The position numbers and the translations under genes are program-made. The notes under the pieces are model-generated. The model was not told where the DNA came from, made no database searches, and saw nothing but the letters and a program-made list of their open reading frames with translations. From Chiloscyllium plagiosum (lineage: Eukaryota): a DNA stretch of 64,000 nt. The stretch lies in NCBI RefSeq assembly GCF_004010195.1, contig NC_057728.1:41013821-41077820 (forward strand). The letters run 5' to 3'. The stretch's first letter is position 1. The number at the start of each line of letters is the position of its first letter. Shown here one piece after another: positions 13,465-27,237 of this stretch.

Positions 13465-14075
13465 TTTTCACATGTCGGTGATGTCCAGTCATTAGCTCAG
13501 CATTCCACCTTGTTCACTGTTGTCAAATGATCAGACAGCTTATCCAGCATCCAGTACTGAATAAACAGATGTTTTACCTGATTTTAAATATTGGCAAGAC
13601 TGAACCTATTGTTTTCAGTCTCAGCCCTAAACTTGCTACTGACTCCATCCCTCTTCCTGACAAATGTCTGAGACTAATCTAGACTTGCCAAGATGACTTT
13701 GGACCATACATTTTCACCAATAATGAAACTATGTATTTCAACCTCTGCAACATTGTTCTACATCACCCTGTGTCAGCTCATCTGCAGCTATAACCCTCTT
13801 TCAAGCTTGCATTACCTCTAAATGTACTATTCTAACACACTCTTGGCTGGTTTCCCTTATTTCATCCATAAATGGAGGTAATTCAAAACAGTGTTGTGCC
13901 TGTCCTTACTTACAGTAAGTCCTTTTCACTGATCACACTCAATTCTCATTGACCTATATTGGCTTTTGGTCCTGCAGTGCTTTGATTTTAACATTTTCAT
14001 TCTTGTTTTTAAATCCTTCCATGGGCTATCCTCTCCCTTTCTTTATAATCGCAGACAGGCCCTCAGCCCTCTGAG
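13465..14075 (+). mobile_element. L2-type LINE RT C-terminal fragment, decayed
   Basis: Remnants of LNIGKTE, YSNTLLAG and IQNS motifs typical of L2 ORF2; homologous to 48790-49170. Confidence 0.7.
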
Positions 14076-14099
14076 AAAAGGTGCGAATTGTAAACTTTA

Positions 14100-14440
14100 A
14101 CAATGAAACTTCAAACAGACATTGAACATGGACTGGGTGGATGAGTGGCCGATGAAGTTCAGTTCAGAGAAGTATGACGTGATACATTTGATAGAAAGAA
14201 CATTGAGAGACAACAGAAAATGAAGAGTACTGTTCTAAAAAGTGTGCAGGAGTAGGAACCTGTGCGTATATGTACCTAAGTCATTAAAGGTTGCAGGACA
14301 GGAAGAGAGAACTGTTAATAAAGTGTGCAGTATTCTCAACTTTAACTGGGGCATTGAAAACAAAAGCAGTCAGTTTATAATGAGCTTATATAAAACTGTT
14401 TAGACCTCACCTGAAGTGCGGGTTACAGTTCTGGGTAATA
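14100..14440 (+). mobile_element. CR1 LINE fragment, decayed
   Basis: W.MKF...K..VIH and RPHL...QFW remnants; same subfamily as 28945-30420. Confidence 0.65.
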
Positions 14441-15419
14441 AAACTCCCAATAGAACTTTTCCATTCTTGCCTATAATTTTCTTGTAAATTTGTTCCTCTA
14501 TATCCTTCACACTAGCTGGCAAAGTATATATTACACTGAGCAACGAAATTGGACCCTTCTTATTCCTTAGTTTTGGCCAAATAGATTCTGCCCTTGAACT
14601 CATTCACTTTCTCCAGTACTCTACTTAACTAAAATTGCCGCCTGTTTTCTTTTCTTCACTCTATCTTAGCTGTTCTGAATGCCTTGTTACCAGGATTGTT
14701 TACTCCCTAGATCTGCCCTTCCTAAAGTCTGTTATCGTCTCAATATCATAATCCTACAAGATAATCTGTGCCTGTGACTCCCTCATCTTATTAACTATAC
14801 TCTGTACCTTCAGTGTAACCCTGATTTAGATGTCATTATTTTTGTTCTTACTCTGACTCCGTCTGTTAAATACTTTTCTCTATTTCATTATTAGCTGTGT
14901 CTCCCAGCATTAACATTGCTATTACTTTCTGACATTCTTTCCTGGTTGCCCCACACCCTCCCAAGTTGAGTAAACCTTCCCCAAGAGTCCCGGCAAAATG
15001 CCCTGTCAGCAATCCATCCTGGCTCTGTTTACCTTGTTCCCACAAACCTATTTTCATTAAATTCTGACCAACCATTCCTGGCTCCCATGTAAAGTGACGA
15101 AGTTGAGGATTTTATCTTATTCTGTACTGTTTCTCTCTCTTTCAAATCTATTGAATCTCCACTCTCCTGAAAAAAAAATCTTCAATCTTTCTGTCCTTGC
15201 TAACTACATCCTACATTGCCAATCTTCTTTGAAATCTTTGAAGTTTCTGGTGTAAATCAAATTTGAGCCAAATTTTCCAGATGTCCATTATTGAAGCTCT
15301 AATCAGGTCTATATGGAATCAATACAGTAAAGAAAGAGGCCATTTGACCCATCGAGTCTGCACCAACCTTCTGAAAAGCAACCCACCCCATGCCAGCCCT
15401 CAACCCCCACCCTCCTGGT

Positions 15420-15553
15420 TTGTAGACAATGAAAATCTGGGTGAGAGGGCGAACTATGAGGAGGATGTAGAGATGTTTCAGTTGATTTGGACCAGTTCAG
15501 TGAGTGGGCAAATGCATGGTAGATGAAGTATAAAGTCAATAAATGTGAAGTTA
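15420..15553 (+). mobile_element. CR1 LINE, 5' part of a copy split by the 15554-17550 insertion
   Basis: ...aataaatgtgaagtta joins ttatccactttgg at 17551 to give KCEVIHFG. Confidence 0.7.
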
Positions 15554-17550
15554 GTGTCATAGAAACAGCGCAGAAATCAACCCTTCGGTCCAACTCATCC
15601 ATACCGACCAGATAGCCCAACCCCATCCAGTCCCACTTGCCAGTACTCAGCCCTTATCCCTCCAAACCCTTCCTATTTATATACCCATCCAGATTCCTTT
15701 TAAATGATCCAATTGTACTTGCCTCCACCACTTGCACACATGTACCACCCTCTGTGTGAAAACGTTTTTCCTTAGGTCCCTTTTATATCTTTTCTCTTCT
15801 CACCCTAAACCATGCCCTCTAGTACTGGACTCCCTCAGCCCAAGGAAAAGATTTTGTCTTTTTACCCTATCTATGCCCCTCATGATTCTAAACCTCTATA
15901 AGGTCATCCCTCAGCTTCCGACACTCCAGGGAAAACAGCCCCAGCCGATTCAACCTCTCCCTCAAATCCTCCAACCCTGGCAACATCCTTGTAAATCTTT
16001 TCCGAACCCTTTCAAGTTTCACAACATCTTTCTGATAGGAAGGAGACCAGAATTGTACGCAATATTCCAACAGTGTCCTAAACAATGTCCGGTACGGCCA
16101 CAACATGACCTCCCAACTCCTGCACTTAATACTCTGACCAATAAAAAAAAGCATACCAAATGCCTTCTTCACTATCCTATCTATCTGCAACTCTACTTTC
16201 AAGGAATCATGAACCTGCACTCCAAGGTTTCTTTGTTCAGTAACACTCGCCAGGACCTTGCTATTAAGTGTATAAGTCCTGCTTAAATTTGCTTTCCCAA
16301 AACGAGGACCTCACATTTAACTAAATTAAACTCCAGCTGCCACTTCTCAGCCCATTGGCCCATCTGATCAAGATCCCATTGTAATCTGAGGTAACCTTCT
16401 TCACAGTCCACTATATCTCCAATTTTTGTGTCATCTGCAAACTTACTTATATAACTCTTATGCTCACATCCAAATCATTTATATAAACGATGAAAAGTAG
16501 TGGACCAGCACCAATCCTTGTGGCACACCACTGATTACAGGCCTCCAATCTGAAAAACAACCCTTGACCACCACCCTCTGTGTTCTACCTTTGAGCCTCT
16601 TCTGTATCCAAATGGCTAGTTCTCCCCGTTTTCCATGAGATCTAACCTTGCTAACCAGTCTCCTGTGAGGAACCTTGTCGAACGAAGTCCATATAGATCA
16701 TGTCTACTGCTCTACCCTCATCAATCCTCTTTGTTACTTTTTCAAAAAACTTAATCAAGTTTGGGAGACATGATTTCCCACACCAAAGCCATGTTGACTG
16801 TCCCTAGTCAGTCCTTGCCTTTCCAAATACATGTACATCCTGTCCCTCAGGATTCCCTCCAACAATTTGTCCACCACTGACTTCAGGCTCACTGGTCTAT
16901 GGTTCCCTGGCTTGTCCTTACCACCCTTCTTAAACAGTGGCAGCATGTTAGCCAACCTCCAGTTTCCTGGCACCTCACCTGTGACTACCGATGATACAAA
17001 TATCTCAGCAAGAGACCCAGCAATCACTTGCCTAGCTTCCCACAGAGTTCTAGGGTACACCTGATCAGGTCCTGGGGATTTATCTACTTTTATGCATTTC
17101 AAGACATTCAGCGCTTCCTTCTCTGTAATATGGACATTTTCCAAGAAGTCACCATCTATTTCCCTACATTCTATAATTTCCCTGTCCTTTTCCACAGTAA
17201 CAACTGATGCAAAATACTCGTTTAGTATCTGTCTCATCTCCTGCAGCTCCACACAAAGGCTGCCTTGCTGATCTTTGAGGGGCCCTATTCTCTCCCTCGT
17301 TACACTTTTGTCCTTCATGTATTTGTAAAAACCCTTTGGATTATCCTTACTTCTATTTGCCAAAGCTATCTCATGTCCCCTTTTTGCCTTCCTGATTTCC
17401 CTCTTAAGTATACTCCGACTTTATACTCCTCTAAGGATTCATTCGATCTATCCTACCTGACATATGCTTCCTTAATTTTCTTAACCAAACCCTAAATTTC
17501 TTTCATCAACCAACATTCCTTACACCTACCAGCTTTTCCTTTCACCCTAA
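15554..17550 (-). mobile_element. CR1/HER1 LINE, ~2 kb 5'-truncated, frameshifted RT
   Basis: ORFs 16755-17363 (KSPGPD, PLFKKGGKDKPGNHRPVSL, SQHGF) and 15888-16220 (LEYCVQFWSP); FADDTK remnant; 3' tail at 15554. Confidence 0.95.
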
Positions 17551-18300
17551 TTATCCACTTTGGTAATGAAACAGGAAGACAGATCATTATCTGAATAGCA
17601 ATAGATTGGGAGAGGAGAAGGTGTGATGAGACCTGGGTGTCCTTGTACACAAGTTGCTGGAAGTGTGCAGCAGGCAGCGATGAAGGTCAACATACCATTT
17701 GCTTTCTTATCGAGAGAATTCAACTACAGGAGCAGAGATATCTAGCTGCAATTATACAGGGCCTTGGTGAGATTACCTCTGGAGTATTTTGAACAGTTTT
17801 GGTCTCCTTATCTGAGGAAGGACATTCTGGTTATGGCGGGAGTACAATAAAGGTTCATCACACTGTTTTCGGTGAAGGCAAGACTGATGTATGGAGAGAG
17901 ACTGGATTGGTTAGGACAGTATTTACTGGAGAGGGGGATATCCCATAGACTCCTACAATGTTCTGACAGAACTAGACAGGGTAAATGCAGGAAGGATGTT
18001 CCTGAGGACTGCGGAGTCCAGAACTCGGGTCATAGTCTAAGGAATGAGGAAGGCTATTGAGATGAGAAATGTTTTCACCCAGAGAGTAGCGAGCCTGTGG
18101 AATTCTCTGCCACTAAAGGTGGTTGATGTCAAAACATTGAATGTTTTCAAGAAGGAGTTATGTGTTCTTGGGACTAAAGTCGTCAAAGGATATGGGGAAA
18201 AATCTAGAACAAGATACTGAGTTTAATAATGAGCCATGAATCCTATTTAATGGTGGACTGGCTCAAAGAGCTGAATGGCTGACTGATATTTTCTGTGTTT
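17551..18300 (+). mobile_element. CR1 LINE, 3' part of the split copy
   Basis: LEYFEQFWSPYLRKD and FTQRVASLWNSLP remnants plus 3'UTR. Confidence 0.85.
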
Positions 18301-18499
18301 CACACTGAGGATACTCTGCACATGTTGTGTAGTACTAACACTGTGTTAAATGGGTTGATTTGGAATGAATCTAACAGCTCAAAATGTGTCTTCTATGAAG
18401 CACTGTGGATCATTAGCAGCTGAATTGTACTTGATCATAATCTGCAATCTTGTGGCCTGTCTTATCCCCCACTCCACCATTACCATTAAACAATAGGAT

Positions 18500-18925
18500 C
18501 AATCCTAGCTCAATGAAGAGTGCAGGAGAACCTGTCAGGAGTAGCATCTGACATACCTAAAAGCGAGGTGTTAACTTGGTGAAGCTGCAACATTGGACTA
18601 CTTACTTGTCAAACATCATAAGAAGCAAATGAAAGGCAGGGTTAAGTGATTCTACACCTAATGGACCAAAAGATCTGCAGTCCAGCCATATCTAGTCGTA
18701 ACAATGATGGACAAGTAAACAACTCACAGGAGGAGGAGGCAACGTAAGGGAATATCTGGGAATGTTTGCAGCTGATTGCACAGTGTTCACCACTATTTGC
18801 AGCTCCTCAGATACTGAGACTGTCCCATTCCAAATGCAGTAAGACCTGGACAATATCCAGCCTTGTGCTGAAGAGTGGTAAGTAAATTCATACCACACAA
18901 GTGCCAGGTAATGACAATTTCCTTC
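18500..18925 (+). mobile_element. CR1/L2-clade LINE fragment with internal deletion
   Basis: RT remnants MQ*DLDNIQ and PHKCQVMTI; related minus-strand piece at ~27505-28020. Confidence 0.55.
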
Positions 18926-19832
18926 AAGGGTTCTGAGAAGAGAGATCGTAGGATGTTGTGGTTAATTGGTTGATACTGATAACATTAATGTTGGTCATTA
19001 AGTTGGGACTTTAAGATTAGTGGCTTTGCAAGTTAGCTGAATTCTATTCTACTTTTTTCTTTTGATGGTGGTTGGCTTGTGGCTATCAAAAAGATATATG
19101 AATATTTAAATTTTACCTGCACTGCAGGGGTGTTAAATTGATGTCCACTAGCTATGACCTTTACAGTAGTGCTTCCATAGCACATTGGGCCACTCAAATC
19201 AGGTGTTGCAATCATATTTTAACCCCACTTTACTATGTTCCTAGAAGAATAAAATACAAGCATGACTTTCAACTCATGTCCTCAGTCAGCAACATAATCC
19301 AAAAGAGATGTTCTAACTGCTGACAGGAGATAATTGGATGGCTTTGTACCTCTGCCCTTTGATATTTTGCTCTTTGCAGTTTCATTAGCACGCTTCAATG
19401 TGTAACATTCCAGGGGTTCACAGAGAGAATCTTTTTATATCTTGAAATTATAACTTCAAATTTACATTACCAGCCAGGCTTTATTTATAGTCCTTTTGTG
19501 TTTTTAAATAAACTCATGCCTTGTCCAAAGGTTCAGTGTGCCAGCAAGTAATCTGGAGTTCTGGTCTGTCATCATGACAAATGTATTTACCTAACCCCAG
19601 AAAACTTTACAAGCCCATGAATTAACAGCAACAAGAACACATGGGCTGGCAAACTGCGTTGTATTTAACTGCACAGAGTTGCCTCCCTGCAAATCAGCTC
19701 TCAATTTGGCTAACCTTCAGCAAGAAAATAAGCCACTTCATTTTGCTTTGCTGTAGAGATTCTTGAAATTGATGTGTGCATGGGTATTCCAAATTCCAAG
19801 TATAGCATCTTTACTTGATCCATCTGTTTTGA

Positions 19833-20050
19833 GTTAAAAATCATACAACACCAGTTATAGTCCAATATGTTTATTTGGAAGCACTAAGCTTTCGGAGCGC
19901 TGCTCCTTCATCAGGTGACACACAATCACCTGATGAAGGAGCAGTGCTCCTAAAGCTAGTGCCTCCAAGTAAACCTGTTGGACTATAACCTGGTGTTGTG
20001 TAATTTTTAACTTTGTACACACCAGTCCAACACCGGCATCTTCAAATCAG
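19833..20050. mobile_element. Foldback PLE-end mini-element, family B
   Basis: Inverted arms meeting at ccttcatcaggtga-cacacaa-tcacctgatgaagg; 11-bp TSD atctgttttga at 19822-19832 and 20051-20061; hammerhead cores on both strands (+ copy has GAAA>TAAA). Confidence 0.9.
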
Positions 20051-22210
20051 ATCTGTTTTGAAGCATTTTTTGTTCATTCAAGTATATTTCAAGGTTTTTT
20101 CAGCTTTTGCTTTGGTGTTTAATTAAATGTGCATGCACAGAGAAATCTCATAGGAGATTTTGAAACTGTATACAGGTCGACTCCATGATTATCTTTCAGT
20201 TTTATTTTATAACTTAGAACTATTGGCGATGATGTCACCTGGGGTTTTGACTGCTCTCAGCATCATTTTAATTACAGAACTGTATATTTCATTCCTACTT
20301 AATGCAAGTGTGGTGTCACTAGACAGTTTGAGTTGGGAGCAAGGGGCAATAGAAAATAATTAAATTCATGATATTAAGATGTGTACAGTAAGATTTGGTG
20401 TACTGTATTTTTCCAGTGCTTTGCTCAATAATCTTTGTATCTGTTGCTCCTTTTTTTTGTTTATTTTGCGCTTAATGAAATGTTTCCATTGATTCTTTAA
20501 TGTTACACAGCAACATTTTGCTGTTAAAGACAGAGGATGTCCAACAACTAGTGTGAAATTCAGTTGTTCACTTTGTTGACTGTGAAGAGCTATTTCAAAC
20601 TGTTCAATTGCAAATCATTATTTTCTATTCAGTTCATATGTGAAATTGCCTGATTTCAGCCGGTTTCAGAGTTTTGCTGGAGAAAACCTTCATGCTTTCC
20701 TTACCCACCCTACCTCAACATCCCTGCACCTGATAATCTGTGTCCTTCGTTCGTTTGACAGAAAATTCTTAAACAGTTTAGGAAGCACTAATTTAATGAT
20801 TTAATACAGGTAGATCCAACCACTGTGGACATGTAATTTCCTGTCTGACATTTTGAGTCCAAATTTTAGAGTGCAATATATTCTTAATTTGAATTAGGAA
20901 CATTTGAGTTATCTAAGATGAATTACTTTGTTTATCACTAAATTATTACTCTTGTTCATATTGTCTTCAAATCTTCATAGTGCTAACAAGTAACTTTGTC
21001 CTTTGATTAACTTTGACACTCACTATTTACACAATTTATATTCCATTCACAATAATATTGAACAATATTAATTTCCATTATGTAATTACGATACTCAGCC
21101 TATGTTGTTGAGGACTAAGACTTCATAACTTATTGTTTTATTTTGAATTAAAATGTTGGGAATATGTTAAATATCCTTCTCTCCACCCATAATTGCTTTT
21201 GAGCACATCGCTGGTGACTATTTTATTTTAAAGCATGCAATGTTTCACCATCCAGTTTCAATTGGAGAAGTACCTAGCAATACATAGGAATTTAAATAGT
21301 TTGCCAACTCTTTTTATTGTCATTTGGCATCTTGTAAATTTAATATTTTAAATGTACATTGTAAATATTTTTGATTCAATCCAGCTGCTGCCTTGTTTCA
21401 AAATCACGTCAGGAAATATCTTGCTTGTGCAGGTGAATTGTAAAGTAGTTTAGTTAGAATAATGAAGATGGCATATTTGTTCAAACACCATATATTTCAT
21501 TTGCTTTAATAACTTTGTGCCAGTTTGAAATTCGGTGTAGTTGAATTACTTTTTGTACATGAACACCTTAGAGCCCTTCTACTTGACACCTGGATCAACC
21601 TCATCAGGAGTTTGTGTTATTTGACAGACATAGGTAATCTAATTAAGAGGATCAATTTTCATTTCTTCCAGCCCATTTCACAGAAGTCAAAATACTGTTT
21701 TGCAGCTAAAAATCTATATGTTTCTTTGAAAGAAAATGGTGTGGTACAACATTAATTCACTCTTATTTGTTCAAAATTATTAAAATTATAACATTTATTA
21801 AAAGGTACATTTTAAAATTGTAGCAGTTTGTTTCATTTCTGCTTCTTTTGTCAACTGAGTTCAGTAGTGTTCTAGACCCAAACATCAATGATGTAAATTT
21901 GCTTGGTGTAAATACTGTGTGTAAAATTAATTTCAACGTCTTCTATTCAGGTTCCAGTCATCCCAGAAACACAGCACTAAACTTTCCATGACCTGCTGGA
22001 GATCAAATAAAAACACTGCAAATGAACAAAATCTAAAATTAAAGGTATACAAAGATTAACTAGCACCTATAAAAAGAAAAGACTGGTGGATGTTCTTTTG
22101 CATTTGCCTCATCTGTAAAACATAGATGCCCATTGAATTCCATCATGAACCGCTTTATTTTGGTATGAGCCATCCCTCACTTTGCTGGACCTGACCCCAG
22201 ATGTAAAGGA

Positions 22211-22375
22211 TAGACTAAGGAAAACAAAAACATTTTTTTAATGATAGTGGTATCAAGTTTTAACTTTTTTTTACAATAGTGATATCAAGTTGATACCATC
22301 ATCATAAAGAAAGAAGTTAAACTTTGATACAAATATCATAAAGAAAAATAATAGTTTTATGTTTTCTTTAGTCAA
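22211..22375. repeat. AT-rich imperfect palindrome (~165 bp)
   Basis: tagactaaggaaaaca...tgttttctttagtcaa ends; inner gtatcaagttttaac/gttaaactttgatac; centre tgatatcaa-g-ttgatacca. Confidence 0.65.
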
Positions 22376-22692
22376 GTTTTAACTTGATTGTTCTACCGGA
22401 GACCTTGTATGGACCAACATGGTTTTAATAAAGACAAATACTGACATAAAATGGCTGACCATAGATTGAGGCAAGTGCATGAGAACAATGCAGAATAAAT
22501 GATACCATCTGCACTAAAATTCCATTTAACTTAAAGACATGAAAACTAGGCAAAAGAGTCAGTATTAAGAAATTGGCACCATTTCACACTTGTATCGTAA
22601 TTTCACATTCAAAGATGAAAGGCTCACATGCTATTGAGCCAGCTTGGACAGACAGTGGAGCCAAATTTGGGAATATAAACAAATCATTTTTC

Positions 22693-23190
22693 AAGCGAGT
22701 TTTGAGAAGATTTGTAGCTCAAGTTGAGGTTCTGGATGTAGGTTTGCTCGCTAAGCTGGAAGGTTCATTTTCAGACATTTCATCACCATACTAGGTAACA
22801 TCTTCAGTGAGCCTCCAAATGAAGCACTGATGGTGTAGCCCATTTTCTATTTATGTTTGAGTTTCCTTGGGTTGGTGATGTCATTTTCTGTGGTGACATA
22901 ATTTCCTATAGTGATGTCATTTCCTGTTCTTTATCTCCGGGGGTGGTAAATTGGATCAAAGTCAATGTGTTTATTGATAGAGTTCCAGTTGGAATGCCAT
23001 GCTTCTAGGAATTCTTGTGGGTGTCTCTGTTTGGCTCGTGCTAGGATGGATGTGTTGTCCCAGTCAAAGTGGTGTTCTTCCTCATCCGCACGTAGGGGTA
23101 CTAGTGAGAGTGGGTCATGTCGTTTTGTGGCTAGTTGATGTTCATGTATCCTGGTGGCTAGTTTTCTGCGTGTTTGTCCAATGTAGTGTA
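22693..23190 (-). mobile_element. Penelope-like element 3' end, family E, with GIY-YIG endonuclease C-terminus
   Basis: ORF 22931-23224: HYIGQTRRKLATRIHEH...FLEAWHS...INKHIDFDPIY; followed by a 3'UTR carrying a hammerhead motif. Confidence 0.88.
22771..22810 (-). ncRNA. Minimal type I hammerhead ribozyme motif (CpG-decayed)
   Basis: UCA-CUGAAGA-U-GUUACC-uaguau-GGUGAU-GAAA-UG-UC-UGA; stem I UCA/UGA. Confidence 0.65.
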
Positions 23191-24094
23191 GAGAAATCAT
23201 CTTTCTCTCCTCTCTCTCACTCATACCCTCCTTCTCTCTCTCCCTTTTTCCCTCTCACCTTGAAGGACAACATCTCATGGAAATGCAACCGGGGAAACCA
23301 TCAGTCAACAAGAACTTAAATATCTACAAATTCTGCCACCACTGCAGATACCAGTCAACGATTAAATAACTTGTTCACGGGTTGAAAAATCTAATGTCTG
23401 AAGAACACTTAAGAAATTATATGCTGTGTTGTCTTTATTATTCCTGTCTGAATAGGACACTTTTTTCTTGAAACTTATTGCTTACATTTCTGTATGATGT
23501 CATGCTTTTCTCTGTTTTTGAGGTGAGTAGGTAATAAAAGTTGTCTTCCAATCAAAACGTTTTTAATTGGTTTCTTAATTTTGATGAGCACTACATTTTA
23601 ATTGAAGTGTCATAGCTGAATGCTAAAATGAAATAAAATATTTGTTTTGACTGAGTCTCTGAGAGGGGTTTTAAAAGAGGGGAGCCAATCCACCCTTTCT
23701 AACCTGGTCATACCAAGTTAGTACATGGACTTTAGTTAGAAGGCTGTTTATCTCAACTCCTAATGTTTTTTTGTCACTTTGTAATAAAGTAAAATCATAT
23801 CAATGTTGGTTGAACCATACCTGGAATGCTGAATTCTGTTCAGGTTTCTGTTATAAGGAACTGATATCCAGGCACTGAACTTTGTGAGGAAAATAATTCA
23901 CTAATGATAGCAGAATGTGAAGTTGTATCCACCAGGGAAAAAAAAATAAACAGGCTGGGGTCTGTCTGCTCCTGAAAAGTCATCATGTAGTGGAGGCCTT
24001 TTATAGATATTTGATAGAGTAGATAGCCAATGTTTCTATTTGTGTAGAACAACAGAATTAGAGACCTCTGGTATCCGATAGTCTTGAAGAAATC

Positions 24095-24350
24095 AAATCA
24101 GGAATTCAAAAGAAACATCATTACCCAGAAAGTGGTGAGAATGTGGAACTGAACACCACAGAGAGCGGTTAAGGTGAGCAGAGTGGATATATTTAAGGGC
24201 GATGAGAAGCATATAAGGGAGAAGGGATAAGATTGTTGTAAGGGGACACTTAGATGCCAAAGAAATGGAAAGAGACTCCAGTTGAGCACAAATGCCATTC
24301 TAACTGGCTTGACTGAATAACTTGTCTCTGCATAATGTATTCAACATAAT
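24095..24350 (+). mobile_element. CR1 LINE 3' end, decayed
   Basis: TQKVVRMWN remnant plus 3'UTR. Confidence 0.65.
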
Positions 24351-24729
24351 TCACTGAAATTTATATCCAATAAGTGCTGTAATCCAAATGCTGATCCTGG
24401 GGTACATTCGTGTATATTACACTCCAGTTATCAATGCTGCTATTCCTCATAATTGAAAATTTACTGTAATTGTGTTGCGGGACAGTTTACCGACAAACTT
24501 GCAAAATACCCTGTTTGCTTAATTGGAAATAGATCTAATGAAATATTTCTTTGGAATAGTATAAGGTTGTGCACCTATTTGATTGAGAAATAAACATAAA
24601 TGGAAATTAAAATATCCTCATGAACAGTGTAATGGTGTATCAATTGTGTTCTCCATGAACTGTTTGGAGATTAGTTTTCCCAATTCTTATGTCAATGCAT
24701 CCTGAGTTCATCTTTCTTGTAGTGGAATG

Positions 24730-25725
24730 TAGATTGCAACCAGTAAAGATGGACCTCCTCATGATAATTCACAACACCTATGCCCCACAAGGATGCGTGC
24801 TGAGCTCCCTCCTATGTTCCGTGTACATTTGTGGACAAACTTTAGCCAAACTCCATCTACAAGTTGACTGATGAGACCAATATTGTCGGCCAAATATCAA
24901 ATGATGATGGAACAGAACACAGGAAGGAGATAGAATGTTTGGTGTTGTGGTGCAAAAATAACAATCTCTCCCTCAATGTCAACAAAACTAAAGAGCTGAT
25001 CACCAACTTCAGGAGGAAGAGAGGAGAAAGTGCCCCTATCTACATCAATGGAGCTGAGGTGGAGAGGGTCAAGAGAGTCAGGTTCCTCGGAGTGACAATA
25101 ACCAACAATCTGTCCTGGGCCACCCACTAAATGTGACTGTCAAGAAGGCACGACAATGTCTCTGCTTCCTCAGGAGGCTGAGGAAATTCAGCATGTCCTT
25201 GAGGACCCTCACCAACTTTGACAGATGTACCATAAAAAGCATTCTATCTGAATGTATCAAGGTTTGGTATGACAACTGCTCTGCCCAAGACTGTACAAAT
25301 TTACAGAAAGTTGTGAACACAGCCCAGACCATCATACATGTCAACCTTCCATTCATTGACTCCATCTACATTACTCATTGCTGTGGAAAGGCAGTGAACA
25401 GCATCAGATACACCTCTCACCCCAGTTATAATCTCTTCCAATATCTTCCATCAGGTAGAAGATACTAAAGCTTAAACACATATACCAACAAGTTTAAGAA
25501 CAGCTTCTCCTTTACTGTTATTAATCTGCTGAATAGACCCTCTCAAATTTCAAATCTAATGTTGATCTTGCTTTAGTCCACCTCCTGTGCACCCATAACT
25601 TTGTATGCATTGCTGTATTCAATCACCCAATGATCATTTGTTCTTGTATGTTATATTCTTCCATACTACATTCAAAACAACACTTTTCCCTATACTTAAG
25701 TACATGTGACAACAATAAATCAAAT
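24730..25725 (+). mobile_element. Rex1/Babar-type LINE, 3' ~1 kb
   Basis: APQGCVLS; WCKNNNLSLNVNKTKELI; LRRLRKF..SLRTLTNF.RCTI.SILS.CI.VWY; LPSGRRY; tail acaataaatcaaat. Confidence 0.88.
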
Positions 25726-27237
25726 TAAATCTTGACAATGAAAGGGAGAACAACCAATGTATTTTTGTAATTGAGCTCAGTTAGAATGCTGGCTACAGAA
25801 GCAGAGACAGAAAACAGACATGCATTTGTCGGGGGATGGAAATAGGAGTGTGTTCCTTCCATAAACATCAGCTCATCCAAACTCCTCCTGCTCGTATCCA
25901 ATCCTGCCGCTCGTATGCTATCCTGCAACAAGTCCTCCTCTCCCATCATTTCTGTTCTCCTGACTTATTTAGGTACTTGGTTCCCTAATCCCTTGTATGT
26001 AAAATTCTTATTCCTTTTATTTAAATCCTTTAAAGGACTTGCGTCTCCTTCCATCTATAACTAACTTGAGCATGACAAACCTTTCCCTTGAACTCTGTAC
26101 TTTAATTATGAGTTTTTGTATGACACCCAATCCCTGCACCCCCACGACTGATTGATTGTCATGCTCAGTTACATCCTGTCCCTAAATCCCACTCATTTTC
26201 TCTCCTTGTTACAAATGCACATGTTTAACCAAGTTTTGTTCATCCCATCCTAAGTCCCCATTTATTTTGGCATTGATTTATTCCTATTTCCTTTTACATC
26301 ATCGTGGGATATTTACTTAAACTGCCGTATAAAATATAAGGTATTGTGATTCGTGTTGACTACTAAGGCTGAATCTTAAAACAAGATATCTTATTTCAAT
26401 AACAATGCAATACCATTCTTTTGATATTTTGTATCTTATTTATCAGAAATTGCCATTTAATAAGCAGAAGAATAATCATTACTTTGGTTTATTTTTAACT
26501 TCTTACACTGGGGAGTTTGCCATTATTGACACACATTGATACAGCAGTTTACTTTAAAATTAGCTACTAAATGTAGAACATCCATCTCATAGCTTCAGCA
26601 AGGAATAGAAAGGCCTTTGGAACAAAAAAGCTAGTCAATACTGATCGGATTGAATAGGAATTTCTTGCAGTTTGTAAAAGTAACTAGACCATCCATCTGG
26701 AAAGAAATTCAAGGTCAAAAACATAATGTTGTCTCTTAGATTTCAGTAAAAAAGATAAGAGACTGACAGTGTCAGTAGTTAGTTAATGTTTGCTCACCAA
26801 GCGTGAAATGAAACTTGGAAGTGTTACTTGGTTTTACTTATAGATTTATAGCAATTATTTAAACACTGAAAAGGATGGATTGTCTCTGTTCAAATAAAGC
26901 ATTTTGAAATTTATATTTCATTAAAATCTTCACGCCTTCCTAAGAAGTGTAATACAGACTTTGGCTGACTGGTTATTTTTGAAGTTTACATGTGAAATTC
27001 TTTGTAAATTTTTATTTTATTAATCTATGAGATTTTGGGCCCCGTTGGCAAGGCTGGCATTGCTATTTGCTCTCAAAGATGGTGGCAAGCTGCAGGGCCA
27101 GAGTCTGAAATTTACATCCTTGGTGCTGTTCTTGGTACAGGCTGTTAACCTGAGCACAATGTCCCCCTGAAGCCCAGGGCCCAGGTTATTGGACCCTGAT
27201 GTACCTCCACATCCCAGGTCCTCGAGAGCTGCCTTCT

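Noticed and set aside
20172..20195. TA-CAGGTCGACTCC as a Tigger-like TIR
   Set aside because: Too short; no partner end or second copy found
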